NCBI GenBank assembly: GCA_964016885.1
Contig: OZ024743.1
Span: forward strand, 302,188,001 to 302,252,000
Direction of reading: 5' to 3'
DNA length: 64,000 bases
DNA from: Eledone cirrhosa
Lineage: Eukaryota
A program made the position numbers and the translations under genes. Below, piece by piece: positions 1 to 13,960 of the stretch. Position 1 is the first letter of the stretch; each line of letters opens with the position of its first letter. The notes beneath the pieces are model-generated. The model was not told the DNA's origin. It searched no databases and saw nothing but the letters and a program-made list of their open reading frames with translations.

Positions 1-97
1 TATGTGTGTGTGTGTCGTGTGTGTGTAGTAGTAGTAGTAAGGTGTTCGATGCTGCGACAATGGCCAGCAGCGATGTGTGTCAAATGGCTATTAAGAT

Positions 98-147
<50 letters not shown>

Positions 148-308
148 CAGAATAATACGAAGGTCAGTAAGAATGTGTCTGAAAGCAATGGGGGGTATTT
201 TCGCATGTCAAAAGATATTTTTCAGCTTTTGTCTTATATGGAGAAGTGCGTGTGTGTGTGTGTATAAGTCTCTTTGTATGTTGATGTACGCGTGTGTATG
301 TGTTTGTG

Positions 309-349
<41 letters not shown>

Positions 350-511
350 ACCAGTATGTTTTTCCCCCTGGTAAAATGGTGTACATTATTCGATTTTTTC
401 AGTAAAATCGGTTCTCTTAATAGAACATCAAAAATCTTAACAATAAAAGGTGTGAAATGATATTCACTATATATATATACACATACATATATTCACTACA
501 TATATATATAT

Positions 512-1119
512 GGTGGCTGCCAACTCGTTTTCGAGTACGGCCACTACTTTATATCCATGTAGGAGAACCCCTACCGATGCGCTGAACGAGTGTGACTTTT
601 TAGTCCAGCCAGCGACTTGAAAACTCTGGTACAAACACTACACTTGTGACAATTACTGACACATAGTGCTGGGCCCATGGTACCATGTGACGACAAGTGC
701 AGAGAGATCTCCAGATATAAAGCAATGCCTGTGCCGTGAAGCTTTTATAGTGAGCAAAGGCACTGCACAAAGCCAGTCCCACTCTCTTAACCAAGATGAT
801 ATTTACCAAAAAGAAGAACAAGTCAACATCATTGGATACCATCAGGGTTGCAGGTGTTATATCAGAGTTTTCCTTCTCCTAGAATTCTGCCTTGACAAAG
901 GCTAAGGGGTCATCTCTCCCGGTGATTTTGGATGGCCATTGACTCTTAAGAGCTCCTTAGCCCTTTGACAGGTTTTGTTTTTAGTCCTGCAGGATGTCCA
1001 AAGTCACCCTCCTCACCAAGAAACCTTGGTGGGGTTGCCAGTTTAGTCGCCAACGACCCGACCATGGGACAGGTTGTACTGGGATACATGTTACCAGTAG
1101 CACCAACTGGTGACCTGAC
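512..1119 (-). mobile_element. Insertion in a (TA)n tract, RTE 5'-UTR-like non-coding element
   Basis: Present in the left PLE repeat and absent from the right copy. The minus strand contains AAGGCAGAATTCTAGGAGAAGGAAAACTCTGAT, which resembles an RTE/BovB-type 5' motif (recalled from memory). Confidence 0.55.
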
Positions 1120-1284
1120 ATATATATATATATATACATATATACATACATATATATGCACATATATTTTTTTGTATTGCACCATAGAGCATGTGTGTTT
1201 ACGTGTGTCATTGTGTTTATATGTGGGTAGAGATGTGTGCTGATGTAGGTATGTATGTTGACGTGTGTATGTTGTGGGTTCGTC

Positions 1285-2938
1285 TTAGGGAGAAGTGTTT
1301 AGACGGGGTCCGTATTTGTTAATGAAGTAAGATTCCTTGCTGATGCGCTGGGTGTGGGTGGCATTATCTTTAAATTTGTAGAGGGGAAAGATTCTGAATT
1401 TGGGATGATTTTGGGCGGCACAGGTATCAATGTGTTCACTCAGTGGTATTTTTCTGTATTCCCGTATTTTAATTTGGGATCTATGGACAGTCATGCGTTG
1501 GCGGAGGCTGATTTTGGTCTGGCCTATGTATTGTTCTCGACAACCTGAACAAGTTAATACATATATTAGATCTTCCGATGCACATGTGAAATTGTGTTTT
1601 ACTATAAAACGTTGTCCATCTTTGAAATAGAATTCCGAACCCTCTATTAGGTTGATGCAAATGCCACAGTTGGGTCTATCGTATTTGTTTACTGTGGGTT
1701 TCGTTGTTGTGGTTGGCAGTACTTTGGCATGTGTTAAGATGTTTTTCATTGACTTGGATTGTCTTTTGCTCTTTATGATATCGTGTGTTCGTAGAATTTG
1801 GTTCATTCTATGGTCCTTTTTCAATACAGGGATGTTCTGGAGGATGGTGTCAAAGGCCTCATTGTTGAGGGGGTTGTGTGTGGAGATGTATGGAAGAGCT
1901 TTTAGTTTTGGTTGATTTACTTTAGGGTGTCTAAGGTCCTGGGTACTGAGTTTTAGGGCACGTTGGATTCCATTGTCAATTAGTGATGCAGGGTAGTCCC
2001 TGCCTATGAGTGTGTCTTTTAGTTCTTGTAGCCGTAAGTAGCAGATGTTTTTTATCGGAGACTATAGTACAGATTCTCTTGGCTAAGTTGTAGGGAATAT
2101 TAATTTTAACGTGTCTAGGGTGGCAAGAGTTGAAGGGGAGATATTGCTTGGAGTCTGTGGGCTTGTAGTATATGTCTGTTTCTATTTTTTTGTTATGGAT
2201 CTTAATGAGGATGTCGATGAAGGGGAGTTGTTGATGGCTGTAATTGTTCTCCAAGATAAATTTGAGTCCCTCTATCACGAATTCTTTTTTGATGCGTTGT
2301 GGGAGTTCAGTGTGAAAATTATCCAGCCAGTAGTGGATAGCTTCTATTCCTAGGTTGTGGTGGATGTTGGAGTATAGGTTGACTACATCGAACGTCACTA
2401 GTAGGGTTTGTTCAGAAAGTGGCATATTAGGGAGGTGATTGAGCATATCTAGGTCGTCCCTTATATAGCTTTTGATGTGCTTGAGGAAGGGTTTGAGAAG
2501 GGTATCAATGAAGTTGCTAAGACGGTGCGTTTCGCAAGCGGGGACTGCTATTATAGGTCTTAATTTGAGATCATTGGGTGAGGGGACATTGATGACTATG
2601 TCTGTGGCTTCCTTGCATGCCTTACTGATTGATTCGCTTTTATGTACTTTAGGGATACCGTAGAAAAGGCTGGATTTACTTGTGAAGTCTGTGATGAAGC
2701 TGAATTCCTTGTTAGTGAGTCCTTGTTTGTATTGGTTGATTAGAGTTTTTAGGTTTCTCATACTTTTCTGTTGATTGTAGTGTTCAGCCTTTTCGTAGTA
2801 TGTTTCGTTTTACAAAGTGGAGAGCGCTAAGTTGATATAGAATTCTGTCTCCATTAGGACTACTGTACTCCCTTTATCAGCCTCTTTAATTGTAATGGTT
2901 CTGTCGGTTTTTAATCTATTTAATTCTTCCCATTCTTT
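1285..2938 (-). mobile_element. Penelope-like element (Neptune-like), RT + GIY-YIG, 5'-truncated, frameshifted and internally deleted
   Basis: Minus-strand translations give IKEADKGSTVVLM, FYGIPKVHK, LRPII, LVTFDVVNLYSNI, LPFIDILI, IETDIYYKPTDSKQYL...SCHP, the linker RPNCGIC and GIY-YIG LIYVLTCSGCREQYIGQT..LRQRMTVH. The RT jumps from ILENNY to LPFIDI, so the catalytic YxDD region is missing. Confidence 0.92.
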
Positions 2939-3215
2939 CAGCACACATCTCTACCCACATATAAACACAATGACACACGTAAATACACATGCTCTATGGT
3001 GCAATACAAAAAAATATATGTGCATATATATGTATGTATATATGTATATATATATATATATATATGTAGTGAATATATGTATGTGTATATATATATAGTG
3101 AATATCATTTCACACCTTTTATTGTTAAGATTTTTGATGTTCTATTAAGAGAACCGATTTTACTGAAAAAATCGAATAATGTACACCATTTTACCAGGGG
3201 GAAAAAAATACTGGT

Positions 3216-3254
<39 letters not shown>

Positions 3255-3432
3255 CACAAACACATACACACGCGTACATCAACATACAAAGAGACTTATA
3301 CACACACACACACGCACTTCTCCGTATAAGACAAAAGCTGAAAAATATCTGTTGACATGCTAAAATACCCCCCATCCCCCATTGCTTTCAGACACATTCT
3401 TACTGACCTTCGAATTACTCTGCTACACACAC

Positions 3433-3484
<52 letters not shown>

Positions 3485-4093
3485 ATCTTAATAGCCATTT
3501 GACACACATCGCTGCTGGCCATTGTCGCAGCATCGAACACCTTACTACTACTACTACACACACACCACACACACACACATACACACACACACACACATAT
3601 TTGTTGTGAAAGAGTCATTTCTCAATCTTGGCGCAAAACCAATTTTGTATCCACATGACCTCTACCGACCAATCAAAATTGTTTTGACCAAGAATTTTTG
3701 CTGGAGCCACTTTTTTAACATAAAAACAGTATTGGCGCAAAATCAACTTATTACATTCACATGACCTCTACCGACCAATCAAAATTGGTTTGACCACAAG
3801 CATTTTTGCAACACAAAAATAACGCTGGAGCCACTTTTTTAACATAAAAACAGGTAGAATTCCCAAAACTAATCAGATCAGAGCAAACAGCACGGACACT
3901 CTATCTCAAAATTATTTTTGAAAAGCATTTAGAAATGCGCAACCGGTAAACACTTAAAAACTTAAAACCACAACTGAATACTAACCCATACAATCACTAA
4001 TACTCTTTTATTCCTAATTAAACCATTTTTCAACTGTGAACAATTTGTCAGCATTTTCTATTACGTTTACCAATATATATATATATATATATA

Positions 4094-4458
4094 GTTAAAG
4101 AATGAAGAGTAACATGGTTGCCTGTACAATAAGGGGCTTTATTTAAAGTACTGGCAATTGTTTCGTATATCAGGTATGTCTAAACTAGAGTTGCGTCACT
4201 CGATCTCCAATACATTATTTACCTCTGGTCAACACATCAGTTAACGTAGACATAAATTAATTCACTCTTACCTCGATTGAATTATTTTTATATCTGCGTA
4301 TTCTGGTGTGTTGACCGAAGGTAAATAATATATTGGAGATCGAGTGACGCAACTTCAAGCGGTTAGCGAACTCTAGACTCGCTTGATCAACGAAACAATT
4401 GTCAGTACTTTAAATAAAGCCCCTTATTGTACAGCCAACCATGTTACTCTTCATTCTT

Positions 4459-4462
<4 letters not shown>
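4094..4462. mobile_element. Fold-back element between (TA)n tracts with HHR-like motifs on both strands
   Basis: 4094-4240 is the imperfect reverse complement of ~4300-4462. Confidence 0.85.
4298..4408 (+). ncRNA. HHR-like motif with 82-nt stem II insert
   Basis: gtatt-CTGGTGT-gttga...tcaac-GAAAC-AATT-GTC-agtac. The core is a variant, and the opposite arm reads CTGATGT. Confidence 0.55.
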
Positions 4463-4528
<66 letters not shown>

Positions 4529-4569
4529 TACACACACACACACTATTATTATCTTTAAGTATTATCACT

Positions 4570-4645
4570 CCAAATTTAACTATTATTACTCCAAATATAA
4601 CTATTATTACTCCAAATATGACTATTATTACTCCAAGCATAACTA
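4570..4645. repeat. 21-bp tandem repeat (ctattattactccaaatataa), ~3.5-4 copies
   Basis: Directly visible, in the putative 3' UTR of the CRE fragment. Confidence 0.8.
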
Positions 4646-4809
4646 TGGAAGCATCTTGTTGAGTCAAACAAAGCCGTACGTGAAAACCCTCCACGACGCA
4701 GAGTACTCACAACATATAACTGGATTACTATAACGATTATTGCAGACGTAAATGATAAAGTAGAAAATCAAACTTTCCAGTTGTTGTCTTCCTGTTTCTT
4801 CTACAACAA

Positions 4810-5157
4810 CTACAACGGTACGCGATGGGGCCCACCCACAGGTCCGGCGGACAGAATGGAGAAGGCAATTCCCCGGTGGACGGCAATGGGAATGCGCTGG
4901 AAAAGCCACTCCAACACGCGGGGCTGCCACCTGCAGCTGACTAGCTCAGCGCCTTTGGTGGTGAGTAAGGAGGTAGCCCTGGGGCTGAGCATACCAGAAG
5001 TCTCCACTGACAGGAGTACGACCGCAAACCTGTCGGAGAGCGACCGGTATTTGAGGAGTTTGACCCCCTCATCCCGACGTGCAGCCGAACCTGGTCAGTC
5101 GCAGACTGCCAGCAGGTTGCGGCTGCAGAAAGTGTCGATGCCAGTGGCATCCCAGTA
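4810..5157 (-). mobile_element. CRE-like non-LTR retrotransposon 3' end (restriction-like endonuclease), 5'-truncated
   Basis: Minus frame reads WDATGIDTF...PGSAARRDEGVKLLKYRSL..FAVVLLSVETSGML...WLFQRIPIAVHRGIAFSIL, matching the D..E..K..KY / VETxG / QRxSxAxQRGNA pattern of CRE RLE C-termini. One stop codon; GC-rich island next to (TA)n. Confidence 0.75.
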
Positions 5158-5179
5158 TCACATATATATATATATATAG

Positions 5180-5410
5180 TAATAATAATACATTTGAAGA
5201 CTAAAACCCAAAGAGGGCTCGATAAGGATAAATATATATCAAATATATAAGAACCGTAGAGCAAATATTTATTAAAATAACATATTACAGTTTAAGCAAG
5301 GAATCGCTGCTTTCACACTTAACGGGATCTCCTGAAACTCAATAAGATCCCGTTAAGGGTGAAAGCAGCGATTCTTTGCTTAAACTTTAATCTGTTATCT
5401 TAATAAATAT
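5180..5410. mobile_element. PLE-terminus-like fold-back (family shared with 57247-57648)
   Basis: 5265-5330 is inverted at 5345-5410. Near-identical sequence occurs at 57247-57400. Confidence 0.8.
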
Positions 5411-5632
5411 ATCATTTAGTTTTGCTTTGACCTGTTTAGCTTGAATTGGTATTTGGCTTGGGTGGTTAATGCCTTATTGACAATTTTTTCAATTTTGTAT
5501 GGCTTCTTAATACATTGTTTAGCTCTAGTTTTTAACTATTGAGCACTTTGCCAGTATCATTTCTGATTTTTGCGTTTCGCTTCGCTTTTCCTGCCCGCCG
5601 AAATGCGATTCTCGCTGAATCTTTATTTGTAT
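5411..5632. repeat. Solo copy of the ~240-bp repeat also at 46012 and 46612
   Basis: Shared sequence ...ctattgagcactttgccagtatcatttctga...gcgattctcgctgaatctttatttgta. Confidence 0.85.
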
Positions 5633-5663
5633 ATATATTTATGCGTATATATAAATGTATCTA

Positions 5664-5719
<56 letters not shown>

Positions 5720-5739
5720 GACACACACACATAATATAT

Positions 5740-5816
<77 letters not shown>

Positions 5817-5871
5817 CGTTTCTGAATTTGTTTAGCAAGATTCTTTATGTGAAAATGTGTGTTGAAACCGA

Positions 5872-6006
5872 TATTGTTATGCTTTGGGAAGAAACACACG
5901 CACCAGTAGGTTTCACTTCAATCTATTATAAATTAAATTTATAATAAATTGAAGTGAAAGCACTGGTGCGTGTGTTTCTATTGGCAACATGTGCCTCTCA
6001 ATGCAT

Positions 6007-6012
<6 letters not shown>
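5872..6012. repeat. Fold-back hairpin between (TA)n tracts
   Basis: gaaacacacgcaccagt..ttcacttcaat.tattataaatt is mirrored around ~5935. Confidence 0.8.
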
Positions 6013-6093
<81 letters not shown>

Positions 6094-6094
6094 T

Positions 6095-7102
6095 ATCACA
6101 CACCCAAACACACGTCCCACTAACACCTCCACTAATATACACACCAACCCACTCACACCCACCCTCTCCCTCAGCATTTCTCACAAACCCATCACCACCC
6201 TTGTTCATCGCACCTCCGCAAACACACACACACTCCACACCACATACAGACCATCTCTATACCTGTCACTACTCTGTCACCTTCCTACTGCTATCTCCTT
6301 CCTCCCACCACCTTCGCCCTGCGTTAACCCTCTGACCACTTCCTGTTGCGCGGGCACCCCACAACTCCCCACTCATCACTACCATACTACCATTTTACAC
6401 CAGCCGTCCACCTCTTCAGCCATCGACCCTGATACGCTCGGAATCGTCAACACACCGCTCCAACAATCTGTGGAAACACATCCAGAAGCACACACACACA
6501 AACGCTTAAACTATTTTCGCACCACACAAAAACACACACACGAGCCTATCCTCACATACACACACACATGCCCCACACTCCACACATCCCATCTTCCCCA
6601 CCCCATCTGACCCCTCTTCATCCAAACGCACACACACGCCGAATTTCACCCCATGTACACACCGTTTTCCCTATTACACGAACACGGAACCTCTTTCTAC
6701 CACCAACTCTCACATTCACATCCACACACACACACACAGACCTACACCTACACACATACCCTTCAGCCCTCCTCGCGAGGACCCCCCATCTCTCTCTCCC
6801 GTCTCCACCCACCACCACCCCTACACACCTCACACCCTTTCACCACTTGTTTCATTTTAATTTATTTTACCCTCTAAACATGTTTTCCTCCCTTTCCTCC
6901 CCCCCCCATGTTAATGTCTTTCCACCGCTCTCCCTCACACCCTCGGTACTCTTTTCTTGCCCACTTTTCTCCTGATGAAGTTCTTATGCCCGAAACGTCG
7001 TTCTCAATCCTCCACTCTCAAGCGTGAAACTAATATTAACATTTTTTGGCAGCCTCTTCGCTTCCACCTTGTTTTTATTTGCTTTTTGTTTACTGTCACA
7101 AC
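6095..7102 (+). mobile_element. PLE-like C/A-rich 3' tail ending in an HHR-like motif (6972-6999)
   Basis: CTGATGA-agttcttatgccc-GAAACGTC with a degenerate stem II, then a tail and (TA)n. Confidence 0.6.
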
Positions 7103-7115
7103 TATAATATATATA

Positions 7116-7192
<77 letters not shown>

Positions 7193-7194
<2 letters not shown>

Positions 7195-7329
7195 AAAGTT
7201 ATATTTAAATTGTTGGGTTACAACTAGTAAATATTTATAACTGATATAAAAGCACTCGACAAGTATTTGGAGTATATTTACGATATTAAATAAATGGAAA
7301 CTAAATGTAGTTTCCATTTATTTAATATC

Positions 7330-7332
<3 letters not shown>
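7193..7332. mobile_element. Short fold-back copy of PLE-terminus family F
   Basis: Same terminus as 39745 and 47853, with a 25-bp inverted end. Confidence 0.8.
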
Positions 7333-7371
<39 letters not shown>

Positions 7372-7402
7372 AAAATGATAGCGTGGGAAGTGAGGAAGAT
7401 GA

Positions 7403-7526
<124 letters not shown>

Positions 7527-7840
7527 ATACAGAGAGAGAGAGCGAGAGAGAGAGAGAACATATACAATTTGAAACTCTTTTTTCCTATCGAGCATACATC
7601 TAGAATGAATTATCAATATAAAATGTAAATGAATCCGGGGTTTAAGCTGTTTAGCTGGAAAAAATGTGTTAATCGCTTGTGAAAAAGGAAGCCACATCTG
7701 CAGATATCTCAGCAAACTCCATAAACATGAATTTTCATAGGAATCTTATTTGGGAAATAACACTTTCAAATTCTGAAATGTCGTAACAGAAGACAGCCTT
7801 AGCTATGTAGAAAACCACACTGGATGTAGATATACTCAAC

Positions 7841-7939
<99 letters not shown>

Positions 7940-8054
7940 AATATATATATACATATATATGTGTGTTTGTGTGTGATGTGTGTGTGAGTATTTCTGTGTT
8001 CGTGTGTGTGTGATTGCGTGTTATGTGTGTGTGTTTGTATACATATATAAACAT

Positions 8055-8117
<63 letters not shown>

Positions 8118-9394
8118 CACGCACACTCATATATATATATATATATATAGCTCATTATACTTGAACGACTAATGCTATGACAATAACACGCTGAATGTTT
8201 GCCTAACAATGTCTATAGTTGTGTATTGATATTTTCAGGTAACCATTTCTCCATACATAAATGTTGTTGACATCTATAGTGTTCAAAATTTTGCCGAAGC
8301 ATGAAATTTTACAGGGATATACATATTGCATGTAGGTAATCTTATGCACCTTCACGTTGTCATGATTGCTAATAATGAAACAACAAGGTAATGTCAAATT
8401 ATATTCAAAATTGATAATATGTTACCCTAGTAACAATATGATTTTGGTAATGTTGTTTGGTGATTTTTGGTTATAAATGCTGTAAAATGTTACAACATTG
8501 TAACAAGATTTATATATATATAAACAAAGTTTTATTTCATATATACCACCTGTTCAACTGTTGCTTTTTCCATGACAACGGGTAAATCTTTTTTCAAAAT
8601 CCATTTTATGAGCATTTATCAGGTTACATTTCAGGAAAATTCACTAAATGTCAGAGAAAAGCTTCCTTTCAAAAGTTATGCAACTCTCCCCTGTATAATA
8701 GGGTTAAACTATCTTTATTCTGATTTGTATAGAGATTTGCAATATAAAACTAAAACGATACGACATGTCATTATAATGGTGTTAATAAAACAATATCTAA
8801 AAAAAAAGCTTAAATATTAGTCTTAAAAGATAAGGAATGTTGTTATAATGGATTGAAGCTTTCTAAATCTGATATTAACGATAGCATTTTCATAATTAAA
8901 TAATGGTGATATAAAGATATATATAATATATATAATTTATAAATATATAATTATATAATTATATAATTTAAAAATAAATAAAATATACATAATTTATAAA
9001 CGTTGATGGCGTATTTGTGTAAAATACGAATAACTTAATCACACAATTAAAATGGTAGACGGTGCTGTGTTTTACATAAGTCTCCTTACGATAAAGCCTA
9101 TAAATATATAAAATCGGCAAATTAAAGCCTGGCAACGAATGGTACAGCTATGTCAGAAATAACATTAAATGTCAACAAAAAATATGAAGTTTAGATATGA
9201 AAATATTAACTTATAATTAAACATATATATGATAATACGAAGAAGAAAGCAATCAAATAATATGTGTTGTTCTGATTAGGTACAATTAGAACATACTTAA
9301 ATACTCCTCCTCTTTGCTTTTTGTTCGCTTACCTCATGATAGAATCGTGGAGGCGCCGTATTCACATACGGCGTTTGAGGAGCAGTTTAAGCCT

Positions 9395-9655
9395 GGCGAA
9401 GCATATCATTCTCCAGGCATGAGTACAGCAAATTTCTTCCAGAGAAATATAGAAATTGAGGGAGAGGAGATAAGAAAGAGATATAAAGAAAGAATCGAGC
9501 CCATTACTAGACTGGTACATCTGTTTACCGATCTCGAACGGATGAAAGGCAATGTTGACCTCAGCGTGATTTGAACTCAGAGAGCAAGCGCCGGAAAGAA
9601 TAACATAAAGCATTCTATCTAACGTTCTAACAATTCTGCCAAATTCGCCGCCTTA
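9395..9655 (-). mobile_element. tRNA-derived SINE, diverged
   Basis: cggatgaaaggcaatgttgacctcagcgtgatttgaactcag is the reverse complement of the SINE core. Confidence 0.7.
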
Positions 9656-9744
9656 TAATAAATTACTACACCTGATATGAACAGACTATTTTAAAAACAA
9701 TCCCGAACATGTACCAGGAAGCAAAATAGACTAACATTAATGAT

Positions 9745-10128
9745 ATGGTGGATTGGCAGTATCGGTAGAAGGTTGGACGCCTGCTTTGACGCATAGAGTT
9801 ACAACTCTCGCCATTCTGAGTTCAAATCCCCCCGAGGTTTACTTTGCCTTTCATCCTTACGGGGTCGATAAAATAAAGTTCCAGTAATGCACTGGGGTAA
9901 TTACTGGCTTTGTGCAAAAAGTATAAACAACTAATGATATGGTGGATTGGCAGTATCGGTAGAGGGTCGGACGCCATGTTTTTGCAGCAAAGAGTTACGG
10001 CCTTTTATGGTCTGAGTTCAAATCCCGCCGAGGTTAACTTTGCCTTTCATCCTTACGGGGTTGATAAAATAAAGTGCCAGTAATGCACTGGGATAATTGC
10101 TGGCCTTGTGCCAAAAGTAGAAACAATT
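9745..10128 (+). mobile_element. Two tandem tRNA-derived SINEs (9745-9930, 9939-10128)
   Basis: A-box-like TGGCAGTATCGG, B-box GAGTTCAAATCC and core ttgcctttcatccttacggggtcgataaaataaagtaccag. Confidence 0.9.
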
Positions 10129-10247
10129 AATGATATCCATTAGACTCGAGAAACATCATTTTGAAGCGGAAAAATTGTAAGCTGTAGTGTTGATTTTAAA
10201 TATTCGTTATTGCAAACCTAGTCCTATATCTTTTCTGAAAAACCTCG

Positions 10248-10279
<32 letters not shown>

Positions 10280-10319
10280 CAGAGATATTTAATTTGTTGG
10301 AAATCAAAGAAATATATAT

Positions 10320-11672
10320 GTATATATGTTTACAACTGATTCAAAGCACTCGACATGATTCTGGTGTAAGTATTCAATTTATATTAAATAAATGGAAACT
10401 ATATTTATAAAACCATATTTATTCTATTATATATATTTCAAGGTTACCAAACATTTTGGTACGCTATCATCAGATAAAATACAACATTTTTTATAAATAT
10501 TTGACATGACCAAGGATGATATACCTTAACGGTTCAAGTTATCCCTGGATACTGAATGGAAGAGAGGAGAAAAGTCAGATCTTTAAAATTATGAATATGA
10601 TTATCCAAATGATGTGTATATTAAAGAGCTGAAAAAACGTTATTTTAGACGCTATGGAAAATTTAAATATTTATGATGAGGAAAGAAGAGAAAGAGTTAA
10701 TTTGGGGGAAACTATCTCTGTTACTTATATTATGAGTTATAAAATTATATGAAGAATTATGATTGTAACTATTTTTATCTTATTACATTAGGATAGGTTA
10801 TATGTATATAAATATCTCTCTATATATTAATAAGTTGCGTATGCATTGATTGTTTATATAAACAAATATGCATTACGAATGATGTTGAACATTTTATTTT
10901 CAAGTTGTTAGGTTGGAATAATTTGTGGATTAAAACATTTTCAACATTGAGAATGTTTTCAGAATATTGTTAAGTTAATGAATCTATATAAATTATCAAA
11001 CTAAAATTGTTAAAGAAGAAAGGAAAAGGAAAAGGAAGACCATTTGAACGTTAATTTAGAGAAAATATATTCAGACTTGTATCTATTATTATTTGGAGAA
11101 TTATTTATCTTATAATAATATATAAATGTCTATACATGTTTTTTAATAGTAGCATATGTTTTTTTTTTTACAGCATAGTTTGTTTATAATATTGTTATAA
11201 TAGAGTTACGATGGATGTTGATTTATAAATAAATAAAATAAATAGGTGTTTGTTCCTAATATAGGTTACTAGGGATGCTGATTTTATGTAAATAAATAGG
11301 TAGTTACAATTTATAAAGTTAAATTAACGGAGTTGTGTATAAACAGTTTTTATGATTGAAAGAAGGAAAGACAACTCCAATTTTCTATTAATCGCTAGTG
11401 TGTTTTAATTATTTATACTAAAGAAATATGAATAATTAAACACCATCCTGAATAGGATATATTTTACTAAAAACAATTAATGGTTATCAATCTACATTTA
11501 AAAATTAGCTTTAGAGGATGTCATTAGAAAAATAAAGCTTTAGAGGGTGTCATTAGAAAAATAAAAAAAATTAAGAAAAAGAATTAAAGAATTAAAAAAA
11601 ATTAAAATAATTAAAATATAGAAGTACATAATGTAGAAATACATAAATATATATGCATAAATATTTATACAT

Positions 11673-11708
<36 letters not shown>

Positions 11709-12014
11709 TAAAAGTAATGTTAATGATATTATGATTTAGAGATATTAATATATTAAAGTATTAAAAATATAAAATGTTAGAGTAGATAAGATCATTTTGG
11801 AGATTAATAGGAATATTATGAGTATATTATAAGTTACATATAGTTCTGAATATAGAATTGTGGCGATGTTTGCAAAAACTAAATATTTCTGTTCTAAGAT
11901 TAATAGATTTATTTCTGTTCCGATGATAGAGTACTAACATTTTTGGTATCCTTGAAGTATATATAATAGAATAAATATGGTTTTATAAATATAGTTTCCA
12001 TTTATTTAATATCA

Positions 12015-12018
<4 letters not shown>
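10320..12018. mobile_element. Diverged family-F element with inverted HHR-bearing ends and an AT-rich interior
   Basis: 10378-10481 is inverted at 11911-12018. Confidence 0.7.
10420..10481 (-). ncRNA. Type I hammerhead ribozyme
   Basis: tattttat-CTGATGA-tagcgtaccaaaatgtttggtaacctt-GAAA-TATATATA-atagaata. The partner at 11911-11973 is degenerate (CCGATGA, GAAG). Confidence 0.7.
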
Positions 12019-12096
<78 letters not shown>

Positions 12097-12886
12097 ACAT
12101 GATATATATATACGAGTGTGTGTGTGCGTATGTGCGTGTGTGTGGTGTATTTGTGTGTGCATGTGTATGTGAGTGTCTGTGCGTATGCAACGGCAAACAG
12201 AGACAAATGTATTCGCTCACACATACTCACGCATTCATATATACAGTTTTGTGCCCATTTCTTCGTAATTTTGCGTGCGTCTAGTTTTGCCTGTGTCTGT
12301 CTATATGACGCAAGACAATAAAAATCACATATATAGGAAGTTTTGCACGGGCAGTTCATACACATCTACTTACCAATTGTTCAACTTCAACTAACGAGCT
12401 ATTCTCTAATGGCTAATCGACAAAAATTACATTCTATATATGCAGACGGACACATCTGCAAAGACACTTAAAACTTATCTGACACAAGGTGATATCGAAA
12501 AAATTACTGGGGCGATTTATCGCTTAATCATGAAGACAAATTTAAGAAAATATATGCTTCACTTGACAAACACTGCTGACAGATTCCTGAAAATATTAAT
12601 CTCTTGGTCAGCACATTTCCAATAACATTCAAGCTATCTCATTTCTTTCTCTTCTAGCTTACTATATTCTTGTATCAATTTTCTTCAATATTTCTATTGA
12701 AATTCTGCTACTATTGGAAGGATGAAATCTACCTTCTTTGGTATTTATTGTTATTATTTTGTTTATGTTCTTTCTCTGTTATCATTATGTAGTATCAAGA
12801 GGAGTTATGTTAGACTTTACACTGCCTGACTCTAATTTATTCACCGATATTCACACACACACACACACACCCCCACACACACGCAA

Positions 12887-12947
<61 letters not shown>

Positions 12948-13659
12948 ATAATGTTATATTTGTATAAATGTGTCTAACTTAGACTGCACAATGCTTTTTC
13001 TATTTAAAAGGGTATTCGTATTTTCTGGCATGTTTACAAGTCTAAATTTTAGACAACTCTATATATCTATACATATTTCTGCTGTCTCGGTTACACATTC
13101 TCTAATTCCATAGTTTTATCTGTATCATATACATCGGCTGTTAGCGTATTTCTAATTAATTAACAAAACGTGCGCTAATTCTATGGAAAATATTCAAAAC
13201 GTGAAAGTAGTAAGTAGATCATTTTAAAAGGGAATGTTTCCACGAGTGGGAGTGCATTGATACAAGAAGCCATACTTATTGCTAAAGAAAGGAGATGTGA
13301 GTTGAATATCAATGGATTTAAAATTACCCACGCAGTTCAGGTAATTGGGAGGAGTTATATCAGAAAGTATATTGTTAACGATATAATCCCGGCTGCATGT
13401 GTAATGTGTATTGCGAGAGGAGACGGTAGCCAATGTTTTCTCTGTATACTGGCTGCTTACTCAAAACTATAGAGCACAACGATGTTGGCAGAGTCATATA
13501 TGGCCGATTGCGTAAACTGTTTTAATTTGAACATGCCGAAAATAGTCCTCATTACAAACTACAGGAATTCGTTGAAAACTACTGTTCATAAATATCATGT
13601 CATGAATATTAAAACGGAAAGGGTTATTGGCAAACGCGACATGATAGATTTAGACACAA

Positions 13660-13960
13660 TAGAGAGTATGGACTAAAAAAGAGACAGAAAATGTAGATAC
13701 AAAACAAGAAGGTTAAACAGATTCTACATGAAGAGAACTAATGGCGGTAGAGGTTTCATCAGTGTAAACTATGGTATAAGGAGTGAAAAGAAAATATTTG
13801 CAGAATAATTCGTAAACAGCGACGAAGTGATTTTGTGTATTGGCGTGTGAATACAGAAAGGTTGTTGGTCAGGAAATATTGTAACCAAATAGCTGAAAAG
13901 AAGAGAATATTATATCTCGTAATACCAGGAGCTGAAGAGAAAAATCAGGAAACTGTTGAG
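13660..13960 (+). mobile_element. R4/Dong-like LINE remnant
   Basis: Reads KTRR..RFYMKRTNGGRGFISV, the post-RT RLYxxRxxGGRGL motif; heavily decayed. Confidence 0.55.

Larger units (their letters stand above)
1..4072. repeat. Inverted terminal repeat (pseudo-LTR) pair of the PLE: 1-1242 vs 2939-~3590, right copy continuing to ~4072
   Basis: 2939-3590 is the reverse complement of 1120-1242 plus 1-510. There is an internal ~80 bp duplication at ~3651/3758 and a degenerate HHR at ~3915-3950 (TTGAAAA-gcattt/aaatgc-GCAA-CCGGTA). Confidence 0.85.

Noticed and set aside
5265-5410. HHR in this fold-back family
   Set aside because: The core reads CAG(A/G)AGA and stems I/III do not close; kept only as a fold-back.
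9745-10128. tRNA genes
   Set aside because: The A/B boxes belong to SINE heads; no cloverleaf.
12300-12700. GIY-YIG-like remnant
   Set aside because: Only a vague VYELPC-like trace; not supportable.
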